64,000 nt of DNA from Tepidisphaera sp. (GCA_050916045.1 CP051526.1:2880001-2944000), one strand, 5' to 3'. Counted from the stretch's first letter, positions 32,266 through 43,357 are shown. Numbers and translations are program-made. Notes: generated by a model not told the origin, from the sequence alone.

Positions 32266-32517
32266 ATGGCCGATTCACCTCACATTCCGCGCTTTCGAGC
32301 GGATCTCTCCCAAGACCAACTCAGGGGTGATGAACGGATCACCGGCCTCCAGATCGCCGAAGCCGACGGCGCGATCTTCCTCTTCAAGCTCGACTCAAAG
32401 GAGAGTGTTGTATGGGATTCGTGGCATATGACCGCCGACGACGCGATGAATCAAGCCGCGCTCGAGTACGACGTGCCGCGTGAACAGTGGAAAGCGATCG
32501 ATGGACCGCAGAGCTAG
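32266..32517 (+). CDS. Small conserved hypothetical protein
   Basis: WDSWHMTADDAMNQAALEY motif; plausible composition. Confidence 0.55.
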   Translation: MADSPHIPRFRADLSQDQLRGDERITGLQIAEADGAIFLFKLDSKESVVWDSWHMTADDAMNQAALEYDVPREQWKAIDGPQS

Positions 32518-33518
32518 TTCTTCGCCCGCTCGATATACCTGCGGGCGATCGCTTCATAACTCGGATCGGTCATCCCGACCGCTTTCGCCGCCGCGATCGC
32601 ACGCTCAACATCAATCTTGAGGTCCAGCGCGAGGTACGCGGCCAAGCCCGGCCCGAGGCGGTTGCCCGTGCGGCAGTGGGCCGCGATGACGATCCCGTTC
32701 TCGGTCGCCGCGGCGTACTCCGCCCGCGTCGCCGCCAATACCTCGTCGGTCAGCTCGGCGGCTCCGTTGAAAGGCAGCTTGCAGTACGTCGCTCCGGCCG
32801 CGGCCGCCGCGCCCGCTTCGTCGTAGTCCTTGTGCTCCTCCGGCTTGCGAAGGTTCAGAATCCTCTCGACGCCCTGACTGCCAAGCACCGCGAGCTGCTC
32901 GGGTGTCGGGTGCGAAAGCAGGAACCGGTGAGGCACGCCCCCGATCGCCACCTCGTCCGGCGGCAGCGGACCACCCACGACAAGCCGGGGAGTCTCGTCC
33001 CCGCTGATGGCGTGCCCGGCCCTCACGAAAGCGCTCACACCCATCGCGTGCGAACGCATCAGCGCGATGGCTTCAGGATCCGCGCTCGTTTCGACGATCC
33101 TGACACCCTTCCCCGTCGGCGTCACCTCAAGCGTCACGCTCTTGTGCTTCTCGAAGAGGTCATTGAACACCGGGTCCCACACGCGGACCGTCGCTCCGAC
33201 CTTCATGCGGGCCTGCATCGACTTTGCGTGGTCGATGATGAGCTCGGCGACCTCGGGATCATCGCTTTCCGTCAGCGACTCGACGATCCCCACTCCATCC
33301 TTCTCCGAATGGCGAAGCGTGCGGCGGATCTTGCCGTGATCGGAGAGCAACTGCTGCCAGACGCCCCGGTCGCGCGAGACGGAGTTGACTCCCGGATACG
33401 GGTCGTCCGGCCCGGGAGAGCCCGGATCCGATCCGGCGCAGCCCGCCACCGCCGCCGCTGACACCGCTGACACCGCTGACACCGCCCGCAACGCCCACCG
33501 GGTCCATGCCGTACGCAT
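32514..33518 (-). CDS. Lipoprotein: N-terminal His/Met-rich domain fused to a DUF442/Blh-like (PTP-fold) domain
   Basis: Lipobox VAGC; ILNLRKPEE and HCRTGNR (CX5R); SD GGAGGG. Confidence 0.8.
   Translation of the reverse strand: MRTAWTRWALRAVSAVSAVSAAAVAGCAGSDPGSPGPDDPYPGVNSVSRDRGVWQQLLSDHGKIRRTLRHSEKDGVGIVESLTESDDPEVAELIIDHAKSMQARMKVGATVRVWDPVFNDLFEKHKSVTLEVTPTGKGVRIVETSADPEAIALMRSHAMGVSAFVRAGHAISGDETPRLVVGGPLPPDEVAIGGVPHRFLLSHPTPEQLAVLGSQGVERILNLRKPEEHKDYDEAGAAAAAGATYCKLPFNGAAELTDEVLAATRAEYAAATENGIVIAAHCRTGNRLGPGLAAYLALDLKIDVERAIAAAKAVGMTDPSYEAIARRYIERAKN
33455..33485. repeat. 9-bp tandem repeat (about 3.4 copies) in a signal peptide
   Basis: CCGCTGACA x3 plus CCGC, encoding AVS-AVS-AVS on the minus strand. 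Confidence 0.8.
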
Positions 33519-33538
33519 CGCAATCCCTCCTGCCGAAC

Positions 33539-33910
33539 TCAGCCCGCCGATGTCGCCTCCCAGTGCTTGAGAGCGGCCGCGACGATCGTTGTATAGGTAT
33601 AGACCGGTCCGCCGCCCATCATCACCGCAACGCCCGCCGCGTCCATCACTTCCCGCGGGCTTGCCCCGGCTTTCACACACTTCTCGACGTGAGCGTAGAT
33701 GCACGCTTCGCAGCGGCTGGCGACGCCGACGCCCAAAGCGATCAGTTCCTTGTGCTTGGCGGAGAGCCCCCCGTCGGCGGTCGCGTCCTTCATCAGACCC
33801 TGGAAGAACCCGCTGAAAGCCTTTCCGATCTCGCCGCCTCCCGGCGAACCCTTCATCGCGTTCATCGCGCCCGGCCAGGACTCATAGAACGACTTGGCAT
33901 CAAGCTCCAT
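33539..33910 (-). CDS. Carboxymuconolactone decarboxylase/AhpD-family protein
   Basis: KELIALGVGVASRCEACIYAH; VMMGGGP. Confidence 0.9.
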   Translation of the reverse strand: MELDAKSFYESWPGAMNAMKGSPGGGEIGKAFSGFFQGLMKDATADGGLSAKHKELIALGVGVASRCEACIYAHVEKCVKAGASPREVMDAAGVAVMMGGGPVYTYTTIVAAALKHWEATSAG

Positions 33911-33949
33911 CGTCGACCTCCTTCGTTGACTCGCGGCTTCCCGCAACCC

Positions 33950-34579
33950 TTACCCGCACTTCCCCGAAGCGCACGACGCGCCGCAGGCTTTGACCTTGTT
34001 CCACGGCATCCACCCCAGCACCGTCGCGAGAGCGCACGTCCCTGAAACCCCCGCGAACGTCAGACCCGCTCCAACAAACGCCGGCATCGCGATCCAAAGC
34101 GGGTCGTGGAACCACGCGAGCACACTGCCCGCAAGAACGCTCACCCCCACCACAATCTGCACCTGCCGCATGATGCTGATCCCCGGAGCCCGAGGATCGA
34201 CCTCCAGCGGCAGAGCTTCTTTCCGCCACGCTTCGATCCCGCCCGTCATGCTGTAGACCTCAAACCCGGGATCACGCATCAAGCCCATCATCCGGCAGGC
34301 GTCCGCCGACCGCCGACCCCCTTTGCAGTGGATCACAAGCTTCTGGCCGGGCGCCACCAGCACCGCGGCGCTCCGAGGGTCAAACCGCGAGAGCGGCACC
34401 AACCGTGCGCCCGCGATCCTTTCCCGGGCGTGTTCGTCCGCTTCCCGAACATCCACAAGCACGCACTCCCCCGTTCGAAGCCAGCCCGCGACCGCTCCGG
34501 GCGTCGCCTCTCGGATCGCCCCGCCTCCCGAAAGCTCCGAAGTCACCGCTTTGGTCGTCGCCACGCCGTTGCCGCTCAT
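33950..34579 (-). CDS. Rhodanese + DUF2892 membrane protein (YgaP-like)
   Basis: VDVRE, HCKGGRRS, GGIEAW, RQVQI, GAGLTFAGVSGTC, MPWN; SD AGGAGG. Confidence 0.92.
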   Translation of the reverse strand: MSGNGVATTKAVTSELSGGGAIREATPGAVAGWLRTGECVLVDVREADEHARERIAGARLVPLSRFDPRSAAVLVAPGQKLVIHCKGGRRSADACRMMGLMRDPGFEVYSMTGGIEAWRKEALPLEVDPRAPGISIMRQVQIVVGVSVLAGSVLAWFHDPLWIAMPAFVGAGLTFAGVSGTCALATVLGWMPWNKVKACGASCASGKCG

Positions 34580-34625
34580 GGTCACCACCTCCTGTTCGCC
34601 CGGAAGCACCCGCTCTCGCCGTACC

Positions 34626-34654
34626 TGAGAGGCCCGCAGGCACCGTCCGGTTCC
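34626..34654 (-). promoter_or_regulatory. Candidate ECF-type promoter of the ygaP-like operon
   Basis: GGAACC-N17-CTCTCA on the minus strand upstream of ATG 34579. Confidence 0.35.
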
Positions 34655-34793
34655 AAATGGGGAAAGAAAATCGAGTTCGCCCCCCTGAAGGTGCGCCACA
34701 GGGCCCGGCGGCAGCGAATCCAAGACCGTGAACGCTCCTTCCAATCCACCGGCATCCGTGCCGCGACTCCCTTCGTCCCTAGGCTCACCCGCT

Positions 34794-36239
34794 ATGAACA
34801 ACTCGCCCGCGACGGTTCGTGAATTGGCCGCTTCCGGATGGTCCAGCCGCTCCGTCAAGGAGGAACTCCGGGCAAACATGATCCAAGCCCTTCGGGCGGA
34901 CACGCAACGCTTGCGCGAACAGGACCGCGACGCCGCCAGCACCCTCTTTCCGGGCATCGTCGGGTACAACGACACGGTTATCCCCGAAATCGTCAACGCG
35001 GTCCTCGCCGGGCACGACATGCTCTTCCTCGGCGAGAAGGGTCAGGGCAAGAGCAGGCTTATGCGCATGCTCTCGCGGTTCCTCGACCCCGCGATCCCTT
35101 ACCTCGACATCCCCGGCTCACCGGTGCATGAGGACCCGATGAAGCCCATCACCGCCGCCGGCAAGCGCATGCTCGCGGAACTGGGCGACCAAGCCCCGAT
35201 CAAGTGGTGGCCGCGCGAAGCCCGTTACGCCGAACGCCTCGCACCCGGCACCAAGTTCGCGGACCTCATCGGCGAGATCGACCCGGCCAAGCTCCTCGCC
35301 GGCACGAGCATGGGCACCGAGGACGCTCTGCACTTTGGCCTGATCCCGCGCATGCACCGCGGCATCTTCGCGATGAACGAGCTTCCTGACCTGGACGACC
35401 TCGTCCAGACCGGCCTGTTCAACATCCTCGAGGAACGCGACGTTCAGATCCGCGGGTTCCCGATCAGCTTCGACATCGACGTCGTCGTCCTCTTCTCCGC
35501 CAACCCCGGCACCTACAACCGCTCGGGCAAGGTCATCCCGCAGCTCAAGGACCGCATCGGATCCACGATCCAGACCCACTACCCGCGCACACGCGACCTG
35601 GGCATCGAGATCATGGAAGCGGAAGCCGACATCGCCGTCGACCGCGACTACCCCGTCGTCGTGCCCCGCTTCATGAAGGAGGTCGTCGAACAGCTCTCCA
35701 TCGCGGCTCGCAAGAGCAAGTTCATCGATCAGACTTCCGGCGTCTCCGCCCGCTTCTCGATCGCCAACTACCGCACGATGATCGCCAACGCTCGCCGCCG
35801 CGCGATCCAGCTCGGCGAGAAGACCGCCGTCCCGCGCATCAGCGACCTCGCGCACTTTCACGCCAGCGCCATCGGCAAGCTTGAACTCGACCTCATGGGC
35901 TCGCACCAGCTCAGCGAGAGACAAGCTCTCGAAGCCATCGCCGCCGAAGCCATCAAGACCGTCTTCGATGAATACGTCAGCGCCCACGGCCTCGCCGAGA
36001 TCGGCGAGATCTTCGCCAAAGGCGTCAAGGTCGAGGTCGGCGACATGCTCCCAAGCTCGCACTACGAAACCCTCCTGAAACGCGTCCCCAAGGTGTGGGA
36101 GAAAGCCTTTGAGGTCAACCCCGCCAGCGACCCCGCCGTCCGCGCCAGCTGCGTCGAGTTCGTCCTCGCCGGCCTGCACGCTCGCGACATGATCTCCCGC
36201 GCGACCCACCACGGGAGGGTCACCTATGACTTCAAATGA
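34794..36239 (+). CDS. Mg-chelatase-like AAA+ ATPase
   Basis: GEKGQGKS Walker [16 protein letters not shown]. Confidence 0.88.
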   Translation: MNNSPATVRELAASGWSSRSVKEELRANMIQALRADTQRLREQDRDAASTLFPGIVGYNDTVIPEIVNAVLAGHDMLFLGEKGQGKSRLMRMLSRFLDPAIPYLDIPGSPVHEDPMKPITAAGKRMLAELGDQAPIKWWPREARYAERLAPGTKFADLIGEIDPAKLLAGTSMGTEDALHFGLIPRMHRGIFAMNELPDLDDLVQTGLFNILEERDVQIRGFPISFDIDVVVLFSANPGTYNRSGKVIPQLKDRIGSTIQTHYPRTRDLGIEIMEAEADIAVDRDYPVVVPRFMKEVVEQLSIAARKSKFIDQTSGVSARFSIANYRTMIANARRRAIQLGEKTAVPRISDLAHFHASAIGKLELDLMGSHQLSERQALEAIAAEAIKTVFDEYVSAHGLAEIGEIFAKGVKVEVGDMLPSSHYETLLKRVPKVWEKAFEVNPASDPAVRASCVEFVLAGLHARDMISRATHHGRVTYDFK

Positions 36240-37959
36240 CCCCGGCTCGCCCGAATCGCCGCTTGCGGCGAGCACAGGCCTCGGCGGCATCGTCCACACC
36301 TACCTCGGCTACGACCCCAAGAACTTCCCCTCCCCCACCGCTCCGCCCCCCGACCTCGCCGGCGCCGCTTTCGAGCACATGCTCGAGTTCGGCTCCATGC
36401 GCGAGTTCACCGAAGAAGAGCTCGCAAACGCGATCCGCCTCGATCCCTCCATGTTCCCAAGCTTGGGCCCGAGCATTCAGTCCCTCATCGCGATGCTCAA
36501 GGAACGTAGAGCCAAGATCCTCGCGACCTACGAGACGCAAGCCGCTCGCAAACAGGCCCGCACCAACGTCCGAGAGACGGCGGGCGAGATGGAACCACCC
36601 AAGCCCTTCGCCGATGACTTCCAGCGTGCTCTCCGCCAGGAACAGATCCGTGACCTCGAAAAGCTCTGGTACAAGCAGAAGAACGAATCAAGCCCCTTCG
36701 CTCTCGCTCTGCTCAACCTCATGGAGCGCCTCGGCGAGCAGTACGAGATCGACGCCCTGGCTTCCAAGTACGAGTTCACTGGCCGCACCGAGATGTCCGT
36801 CGACCAGGCTCTCGCGATCAAGGAAGAACTTGAGACCATCGACGAGCTCCTCGAACAGCTCAAGCAAGCCGCCAAGGACGCCAAACTCGCCATCATCGAC
36901 ATGGACGCCCTGTCGGAGATGACCGACCCCGACGCTCTCGAAGGCCTCAACCGGGCCGCGCAGCAGATCCAGGAGTACCTCCGCGAGGAAGCCAAACGCC
37001 AAGGCCTCGACAACTCCGCCCGCGGCTTCAAGCTCTCGCCGCAGGCCTACCGCCTCTTTCAACGCAAGCTCCTCACCGAGATCTTCAGTGACCTCGATGC
37101 CGCCCGCTCCGGCAGACACACCGGCCCCGTCGTCGGCGAGGGCGCGGTCGAGCTTCAACGCACCAAGCCGTACGAGTTCGGCGACCCCGTCACCGGCATG
37201 GACATCGCCCAGTCCGTCGCCAACGCCGCCGCCCGCTCCGGCACCGCCCGCCCCCGCGTCACCATCGACGACCTCGAGATCCACCGCACCCGCAACACGC
37301 CCAAGTGCGCCACCGCCGTCCTCATGGACATGTCCGGCTCCATGCGAAACGGCGGCCAATACATCCACTGCAAACGGATGGCTCTCGCCCTCGACGGCCT
37401 CATCCGCACCGAATACCCCGGCGACTTCCTCGCCATGTTCGAGATGTACACCTTCGCGAAGCGTGTCCCCGTGACCGACGTCCCCGCTCTCATGCCCAAG
37501 CAGGTCACGATCTTTCAGCCGATCGTCCGCCTCAAAGCCGATCTCAGCGACCCCGAAGTCAGCGAGATGCGCATCCCGCAGCACTTCACCAACATCCAGC
37601 ACGCCATGCGCCTCGCCCGCCAGACCCTCGCCGTGCAGGACACACCCAACCGCCAGATCATCCTGATCACCGACGGCTTGCCCACCGCCCACTTCGACGG
37701 CTCGACGCTCTACATGCTCTACCCGCCGCACCAACTCACCGAAGACGCGACCATGCGCGAAGCCAACCTCTGCGCCCGCGAAGGCATCACCATCAATATC
37801 TTCCTGCTCCCCAACTGGAACCAGAGCCACGAGGACGTCCAGTTTGCCAAAAGGCTCGCCGAAACCACCAAAGGCCGCGTCTTCTTCACCGGCGGCAAAG
37901 ACCTCGACCGGTTCGTGCTCTGGGACTATGTGAACCAGCGGCGGAAGATCATCGGCTAG
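36226..37959 (+). CDS. VWA domain protein, partner of the AAA ATPase
   Basis: [24 protein letters not shown]. Confidence 0.88.
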   Translation: MTSNDPGSPESPLAASTGLGGIVHTYLGYDPKNFPSPTAPPPDLAGAAFEHMLEFGSMREFTEEELANAIRLDPSMFPSLGPSIQSLIAMLKERRAKILATYETQAARKQARTNVRETAGEMEPPKPFADDFQRALRQEQIRDLEKLWYKQKNESSPFALALLNLMERLGEQYEIDALASKYEFTGRTEMSVDQALAIKEELETIDELLEQLKQAAKDAKLAIIDMDALSEMTDPDALEGLNRAAQQIQEYLREEAKRQGLDNSARGFKLSPQAYRLFQRKLLTEIFSDLDAARSGRHTGPVVGEGAVELQRTKPYEFGDPVTGMDIAQSVANAAARSGTARPRVTIDDLEIHRTRNTPKCATAVLMDMSGSMRNGGQYIHCKRMALALDGLIRTEYPGDFLAMFEMYTFAKRVPVTDVPALMPKQVTIFQPIVRLKADLSDPEVSEMRIPQHFTNIQHAMRLARQTLAVQDTPNRQIILITDGLPTAHFDGSTLYMLYPPHQLTEDATMREANLCAREGITINIFLLPNWNQSHEDVQFAKRLAETTKGRVFFTGGKDLDRFVLWDYVNQRRKIIG

Positions 37960-38379
37960 CGAACACCACATGCCGCGTCCAAAGGCGGCCGTCGTGCCAT
38001 CGGACACGAGTGGATCGAGAATCAGACGACAAACCACAAAGCCACAGAAAAGAGGCGTGGACCGCGGGCGGGTTCTCCGTTGACACCCAGACGATGGTCC
38101 GGATCGCGTGATTGGCCCCTCGGCATCCGCGGATGCCTCCACGCAACGGACGCGAAATCACCGCGAGCGACGAGTCCGTCGAACCGAAGCGGCCGGCGTC
38201 CGTAGCGAACGGCGAACTCTGGTATGCTCAACCGCCGTATCTGTGCGGCAGAGCAGAATCGCCCTCAAAGCCTCTCGGACTGCGCCTCCTGAACTTGGCC
38301 GAATCAGCGGCTCGGGAACGCTGTCGGGAACAACTGACACGCACACCCCTCGACCAAGCTCCGAGCGGATTCGACGCCT

Positions 38380-40195
38380 ATGACAACGCCATCCAGTGCA
38401 TCACCTACGGAATCATCGAGCCCGAACGCAGCACCTCACGCTCCCGGCCCTGCGCCGCTCCCGGTGGACTTCATCACCCCTCAACTGACGTGGAAGTCGG
38501 TCGGAACGGGCATGATCCTCGGCGGGTTGCTCTCGATCTGCAACGTGTACACGGGCCTCAAGATCGGCTGGGGGCTCAACATGTCCATCACCGGGATCCT
38601 GATCGCCTTCGCGTTCTGGTTCGCGGTGTCGCGCGCGTTTGGACGCAAAGCCCTGATGATGAACAAGCTGGAGAACAACATCAATCAGGCGTCTGTGTCC
38701 GCGGCTGGAGCGGTCAGCAGCGCGGGGCTGGTGTCGGCGATCCCGGCACTGACTCTCATCGATGGAATCACCCTGCCATGGTGGCAGTTGGTCCTTTGGC
38801 TCAGCACGGTCTGCATGGTCGGGATCGCGGTGGCGATGGGGCTACGGCGGCAGATGATCATCCGCGACCAACTCCCCTTCCCGGGCGGGATGGCCTGTGC
38901 GGAGACATTGAAGGAGATCTACAACACCGGCTCGGAGGCTCTCAAACGCGTTGGTGTGCTGAGCGGGGGGGGCGCTGGCGGGTGGGTTTGTCAAACTGGC
39001 CGAGTTGCTGAAGTGGACCAAGCGGTCGGACTTTGGAGCGACGATCAACGGGACACCGGCGGCGACGTACTCCTTTGCGCTTGATCCGACCCTCCTGATG
39101 GTGAGCGTGGGTGGGCTGGTCGGGCTGCGCACGTGCGTCTCGCTCATTCTCGGAGCGGTGTTGGCATGGGGTGTACTCGGGTCCTGGCTCGTCGACACGG
39201 GCAGAACGCCCGAAGCTCGCGGGCCGATCGGCGAGTGGATCCTCTGGCCCGGGGTCACGCTGATGGTGGTGTCGTCTTTGGTTTCGTTCTCCTTCTCGCT
39301 GCCTTCGATCCTGCGTTCGTTCCGGGTGACAAAGGGTGTGGAAGACGACCGCTCGGACACCGGCGAGGTCCCGCGAAAGTGGTTCTTCTTCTCGCTTGTC
39401 GTGTCGCTGGTCTTGGCCGTGGCGTTCCAAACGTGGTTCTTCGGGATCGCTTGGTGGGCTGCCGCGGCGGCGGTGCTTCTGAGCTTTGCCCTCGCGGTCG
39501 TGGCGTCGCGTGTCAGCGGCGAAACCAACGTGACGCCCGTGGGCGCGATGGGCAAGGTGACACAGCTTCTCTTCGCGGGTCTCTTGCCCAAGAATGCCGC
39601 TGCGAACCTCATGAGCGCGAGCGTGACCGCAGGTGCGGCTTCTCAGTGCGCGGACCTCATGCACGACCTCAAGTGCGGCTACCTGCTCGGGGCCGTGGCC
39701 CGCAAGCAGGTCATCGGACAGATCCTGGGGTCCATCGCCGGGGCAATCGTGGGCAGCGCGTTCTATCTGGTCCTCATCCCCGATCCCAAGACGATGCTGC
39801 TCACTGAGGAATGGCCGGCTCCTGCGGTGGCGCAGTGGAAAGCGGTCGCCGAGGTCTTCCAGGGCGGGATGAGTTCGCTTCCCAGTGGCGCAGCAACCGC
39901 GATGATGATCGCGGCCGGGTTGGGTGTCGTCTTACCGATCCTCGAGAAAGCGGGACCCAAGAAGGCCCGCATCTTTGTCCCCAGTGCCGCAGCCATGGGG
40001 CTCGCCTGTGTCATCCCCGCGTCCAACAGCATCTCGATGTTCCTTGGTGGTGGAATCGCCGCGATCGTGACCAAGGCTTTCCCGCGCTGGAGCGAACGTT
40101 TCCTGGTCACCGTGTGCGCCGGCATCATCGCAGGCGAGAGCCTCGTTGGAGCCGGGGACGCGCTCCGCCTCGTTGTTGCCGGTGCCGCAGACTAA
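38380..40195 (+). pseudogene. OPT-family oligopeptide transporter, frameshifted at G8 (38965-38972)
   Basis: NVYTGLKIG, ENNINQ and LPFPGG in the first frame; GETNVTP and DLMHDLKCGYLLGA in the next; removing one G joins them. Confidence 0.85.
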
Positions 40196-40521
40196 AGCGG
40201 CCCGGCTGAAGGTCTTTGCGCCGCGACAAGCAGCACGCGATCATCCAGCCACGACCGCTCGGTAGCCGCGGGTGCCATCGATGACCAGTCGGGTGCAACG
40301 ATCGCCCCCGAGGACTTCGTATCCCTGTGCCACGACCATTCCGAAGCAAAAGGGTGTGGCATATGCCGAGCCCGCTCGACTTCCACCAAACCAGCACATC
40401 TTCCCTCGAAGTACTGACGCAGGCCCCACATCAACAGGCGTCACTCCGGACCTCCACGACGGGCGGCGAACCGGACGGACTAACCTCTCATTGCACTGCC
40501 GTCCTTCCAGCGGACCTGCGG

Positions 40522-41283
40522 ATGAAAGGGAACCCATTGAATGACGCAAAGCAAGCCGCGGGAGACGCGAAGCCGCCAGCACGCGAGTTGATCGAGATCC
40601 GCGTGCCGGGGCTCAAGAATCTCTTCAACTCCATGGACGCCTCGCCGTTCCGCGAGCGCGACCTTGATCCCAGCGCGGAAGAGTTGATCGTCGGCTGGGC
40701 ACGCGAAGCTCCCTTCGGAGCGTCGTTCGGGTTGGCGGTCACGCTCGAACGGGCGCCAGGGCCCGTCGATGAGACGGCCGCGCTGCGAGACGCCATCGGC
40801 GAGTTCTTCAGGCACCGCGCGACGGTCACGCGGCGACGGCTTCGCGAACTCCTGCGGATCGGGCGGACCAGTTTGGTGGTTGGGCTCGTGTTCTTGGTGG
40901 CGGCGGTCTGGCTGGCGAGTCTGCTCGCTGGCGTCATGAGCAACGAGCGTCTGGGCGAGCTTGTCCGCGAGGGGCTCGTGATCTGCGGCTGGGTCGCCAT
41001 GTGGCATCCGCTTGAGATCTTCCTCTACGGCTGGTGGCCCATCCGCCGCGAGGCAAGGCTCTACGACCGCCTAAGCAAAATGCCCGTCCGGATCATCTAT
41101 AGCGGCGTCGCCGAACCCGGAGCATGGCAGCACGATTGGCCCGCGGTCTCGCCATCACGGGCCAGCCCCAATCCGCCGCCGACCCACGCGGCACTGCTCC
41201 GATCGTCCAAGGAAATCGAGCTTCCTGTCACCAGCCGGGTGCCCGAGCCCGATTCAGAGACGGGCGAGTCAGTGCTTTCTTGA
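40522..41283 (+). CDS. Conserved hypothetical membrane protein
   Basis: LFNSMDASPFRERDLDP, two TM helices, GWVAMWHPLEIFLYGWWP; start uncertain. Confidence 0.7.
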   Translation: MKGNPLNDAKQAAGDAKPPARELIEIRVPGLKNLFNSMDASPFRERDLDPSAEELIVGWAREAPFGASFGLAVTLERAPGPVDETAALRDAIGEFFRHRATVTRRRLRELLRIGRTSLVVGLVFLVAAVWLASLLAGVMSNERLGELVREGLVICGWVAMWHPLEIFLYGWWPIRREARLYDRLSKMPVRIIYSGVAEPGAWQHDWPAVSPSRASPNPPPTHAALLRSSKEIELPVTSRVPEPDSETGESVLS

Positions 41284-41339
41284 CGGACGTGAGCCAGGTG
41301 CCGTCGGAACGTCGACGTCCTCTCACACGAACGCCCGAC

Positions 41340-42029
41340 TCAGACCCGTGCGCCGAAGATCGCGCCCACGCCGGCGGTCAGGCCCATCGCCAGCGCACCC
41401 CAAAACGCCACGCGGCCCGCGGACCGCCACGCCGACGACCCGCCCGCGTGCGCGGCGAGCGACCCCAGGAGCGCGAGGAACGCCAGTGACGCAGCGGAGA
41501 CGCCCCACACCAGCCACGCTTTGGGCAACACCAGCACAAGCAGCAGCGGCAGAGCGGCACCGACCGTGAATGTGGCTGCGGAGGCGAACGCGGCCTGCAC
41601 CGGGCGTGCGCTGAGCTCGTCGGTGATGCCCAGTTCGTCGCGAGCGTGGGCTTTGAGCGCGTCCTTGTTCATCAGCTGCGTGGCGACCTGGGCGGCGAGT
41701 GGTTCGTCGAGCCCTCGCTGCACATAGATCGCCGTCAGCTCGGCGTGCTCAGCCTCGGGCTGCGTCGCAAGCTCGTGCGTCTCGCGGGCGAGGTCCGCCG
41801 CTTCGGTATCAGCCTGAGAACTGACCGAGACATACTCGCCCGCCGCCATCGACATCGCGCCCGCGACAAGCCCCGCCAACCCCGCCACCACGATGCCGCT
41901 CCGATCCGTGTCGGCGGCGGCCACGCCCACGATCAGGCTCGCGGTCGAGACGATCCCGTCATTGGCACCGAGCACCGCAGCGCGAAGCCAGCCGATACGA
42001 TGCGAACGATGGCTTTCCGTGTGGCGCAT
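41340..42029 (-). CDS. VIT1/CCC1 Fe/Mn transporter
   Basis: WLRAAVLGANDGIVS, SMAAGEYVSV, HARDELG. Confidence 0.93.
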   Translation of the reverse strand: MRHTESHRSHRIGWLRAAVLGANDGIVSTASLIVGVAAADTDRSGIVVAGLAGLVAGAMSMAAGEYVSVSSQADTEAADLARETHELATQPEAEHAELTAIYVQRGLDEPLAAQVATQLMNKDALKAHARDELGITDELSARPVQAAFASAATFTVGAALPLLLVLVLPKAWLVWGVSAASLAFLALLGSLAAHAGGSSAWRSAGRVAFWGALAMGLTAGVGAIFGARV

Positions 42030-42154
42030 ACGGGCACAGTAGCGGCCCGCTCGCAAACATCGGGCAGCGCCGCGAACCGCCGGCTCCGCAACCGGCCCGC
42101 TTCCGAGACGGTTTGAACTGACACCCCGGCCCCTTTCCTCACGGAGACCTCCCC

Positions 42155-43207
42155 ATGCACACCCTGCCCGCTTTGCTGCTCGGTCTGTTTGCAGTTCCTT
42201 CCCTTCCCACGACCGGAACCGGGCTCGCACCAGAGCCGGCGACCATGAAAGCCGTCCGCATCCACGCGTTCGGCGAGACCAGCGAGCTCAAGTTCGAGGA
42301 CGCGCCCAAGCCCGCTCCCGCCACCGGCGAGATCCTCGTCAAGGTCCACGTCGCCGGCGTCAATCCCGTCGACTGGAAGATCCGAAACGGCACCGTCAAG
42401 ACGATGGAGCTGCCCGCGATCCTCGGATTCGACATCTCCGGCGTCGTCGAAGAGGTCGGCGAGGGCGTGAAAGACTTCCAGAAGGGCGATGAGGTTTACG
42501 CCTACCTCGATCTCAAGCGCGGCGGCGGCTACGCCCAGTTCGTCGCTTTCCCCGCCAAGGACGCCGCCAAGAAGCCCACCCGCGCCGATCACAAGCTCGC
42601 CGGCGCGACGCCGCTCGCCGCTCTCACCGCGTGGCAAGCACTCTTCGACAAAGCCGGCCTCAAAGAGGGCCAGACCGTCCTCATCCACGGCGGCGCCGGC
42701 GGCGTCGGCCACTTCGCCGTCCAGCTCGCCCACGCCAAGGGGGCCAAGGTCATCGCGACCGCCAGCGCCGACAACGCCGAATTCGTCAAGGGCCTCGGCG
42801 CCGACCAGGTCATCGACTACAAGAAGGAGAAGTTCGAGGACATCGTCAAGGACGTCGACGTCGTCCTCGACATGTTCGGCGCCGACACCCTCGAACGCTC
42901 CTACGGCGTCCTCAAGGAGAACGGCTACCTCATCTCGATCGTCGCCACCCCCGACCCGGAGAAGCTCAAAGCCCGCAAAGGCAAGGGCTCCTGGATGCTC
43001 GTCAAACCCGACGGCAAACAGCTCGCCGAGATCGCCAAGATGATCGACGAAGGCAAGGTCAAGCCCGACATCCAGGACGAATTCGAGCTCAAGGACGTCG
43101 CCAAAGCCCACGAGCGAAGCCAGTCCGGCGGCACCGGACGCGGCAAGATCATCCTCACCATCCCTCAGGATGCCGCGACGGAATCCAAACCGGGCACCAA
43201 GAAATGA
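42155..43207 (+). CDS. NADP-dependent MDR/quinone oxidoreductase-like protein
   Basis: AGVNPVDWK, TAWQAL, HGGAGGVG, GKIIL; alternative start 42245. Confidence 0.9.
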   Translation: MHTLPALLLGLFAVPSLPTTGTGLAPEPATMKAVRIHAFGETSELKFEDAPKPAPATGEILVKVHVAGVNPVDWKIRNGTVKTMELPAILGFDISGVVEEVGEGVKDFQKGDEVYAYLDLKRGGGYAQFVAFPAKDAAKKPTRADHKLAGATPLAALTAWQALFDKAGLKEGQTVLIHGGAGGVGHFAVQLAHAKGAKVIATASADNAEFVKGLGADQVIDYKKEKFEDIVKDVDVVLDMFGADTLERSYGVLKENGYLISIVATPDPEKLKARKGKGSWMLVKPDGKQLAEIAKMIDEGKVKPDIQDEFELKDVAKAHERSQSGGTGRGKIILTIPQDAATESKPGTKK

Positions 43208-43292
43208 CCTTCCAAGGGCAATTGTCCGAGATGATCGTATTTTGTTTGGTATCCAGAGCGTTTCGGCATCGCCGGATCAGCCGCCGGTTCGC

Positions 43293-43322
43293 TTGCCCCT
43301 CGTTCCAAAGTGCGGCTATGAT
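43293..43322 (+). promoter_or_regulatory. Candidate sigma70 promoter of rpsO
   Basis: TTGCCC-N18-TATGAT. Confidence 0.45.
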
Positions 43323-43357
43323 GACGACCTAGGAAACCAAACGGAGTAGGAACTGCG

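Noticed and set aside
34794..37959. AAA+VWA pair as a novel system or true Mg-chelatase
   Set aside because: Widespread chelatase-like/VWA chaperone pairing; no tetrapyrrole genes nearby
37960..38379. Gene or mobile-element end in the 420-bp spacer (palindrome GGCATCCGCGGATGCC)
   Set aside because: Single short palindrome; no terminal repeats, target duplication or credible ORF
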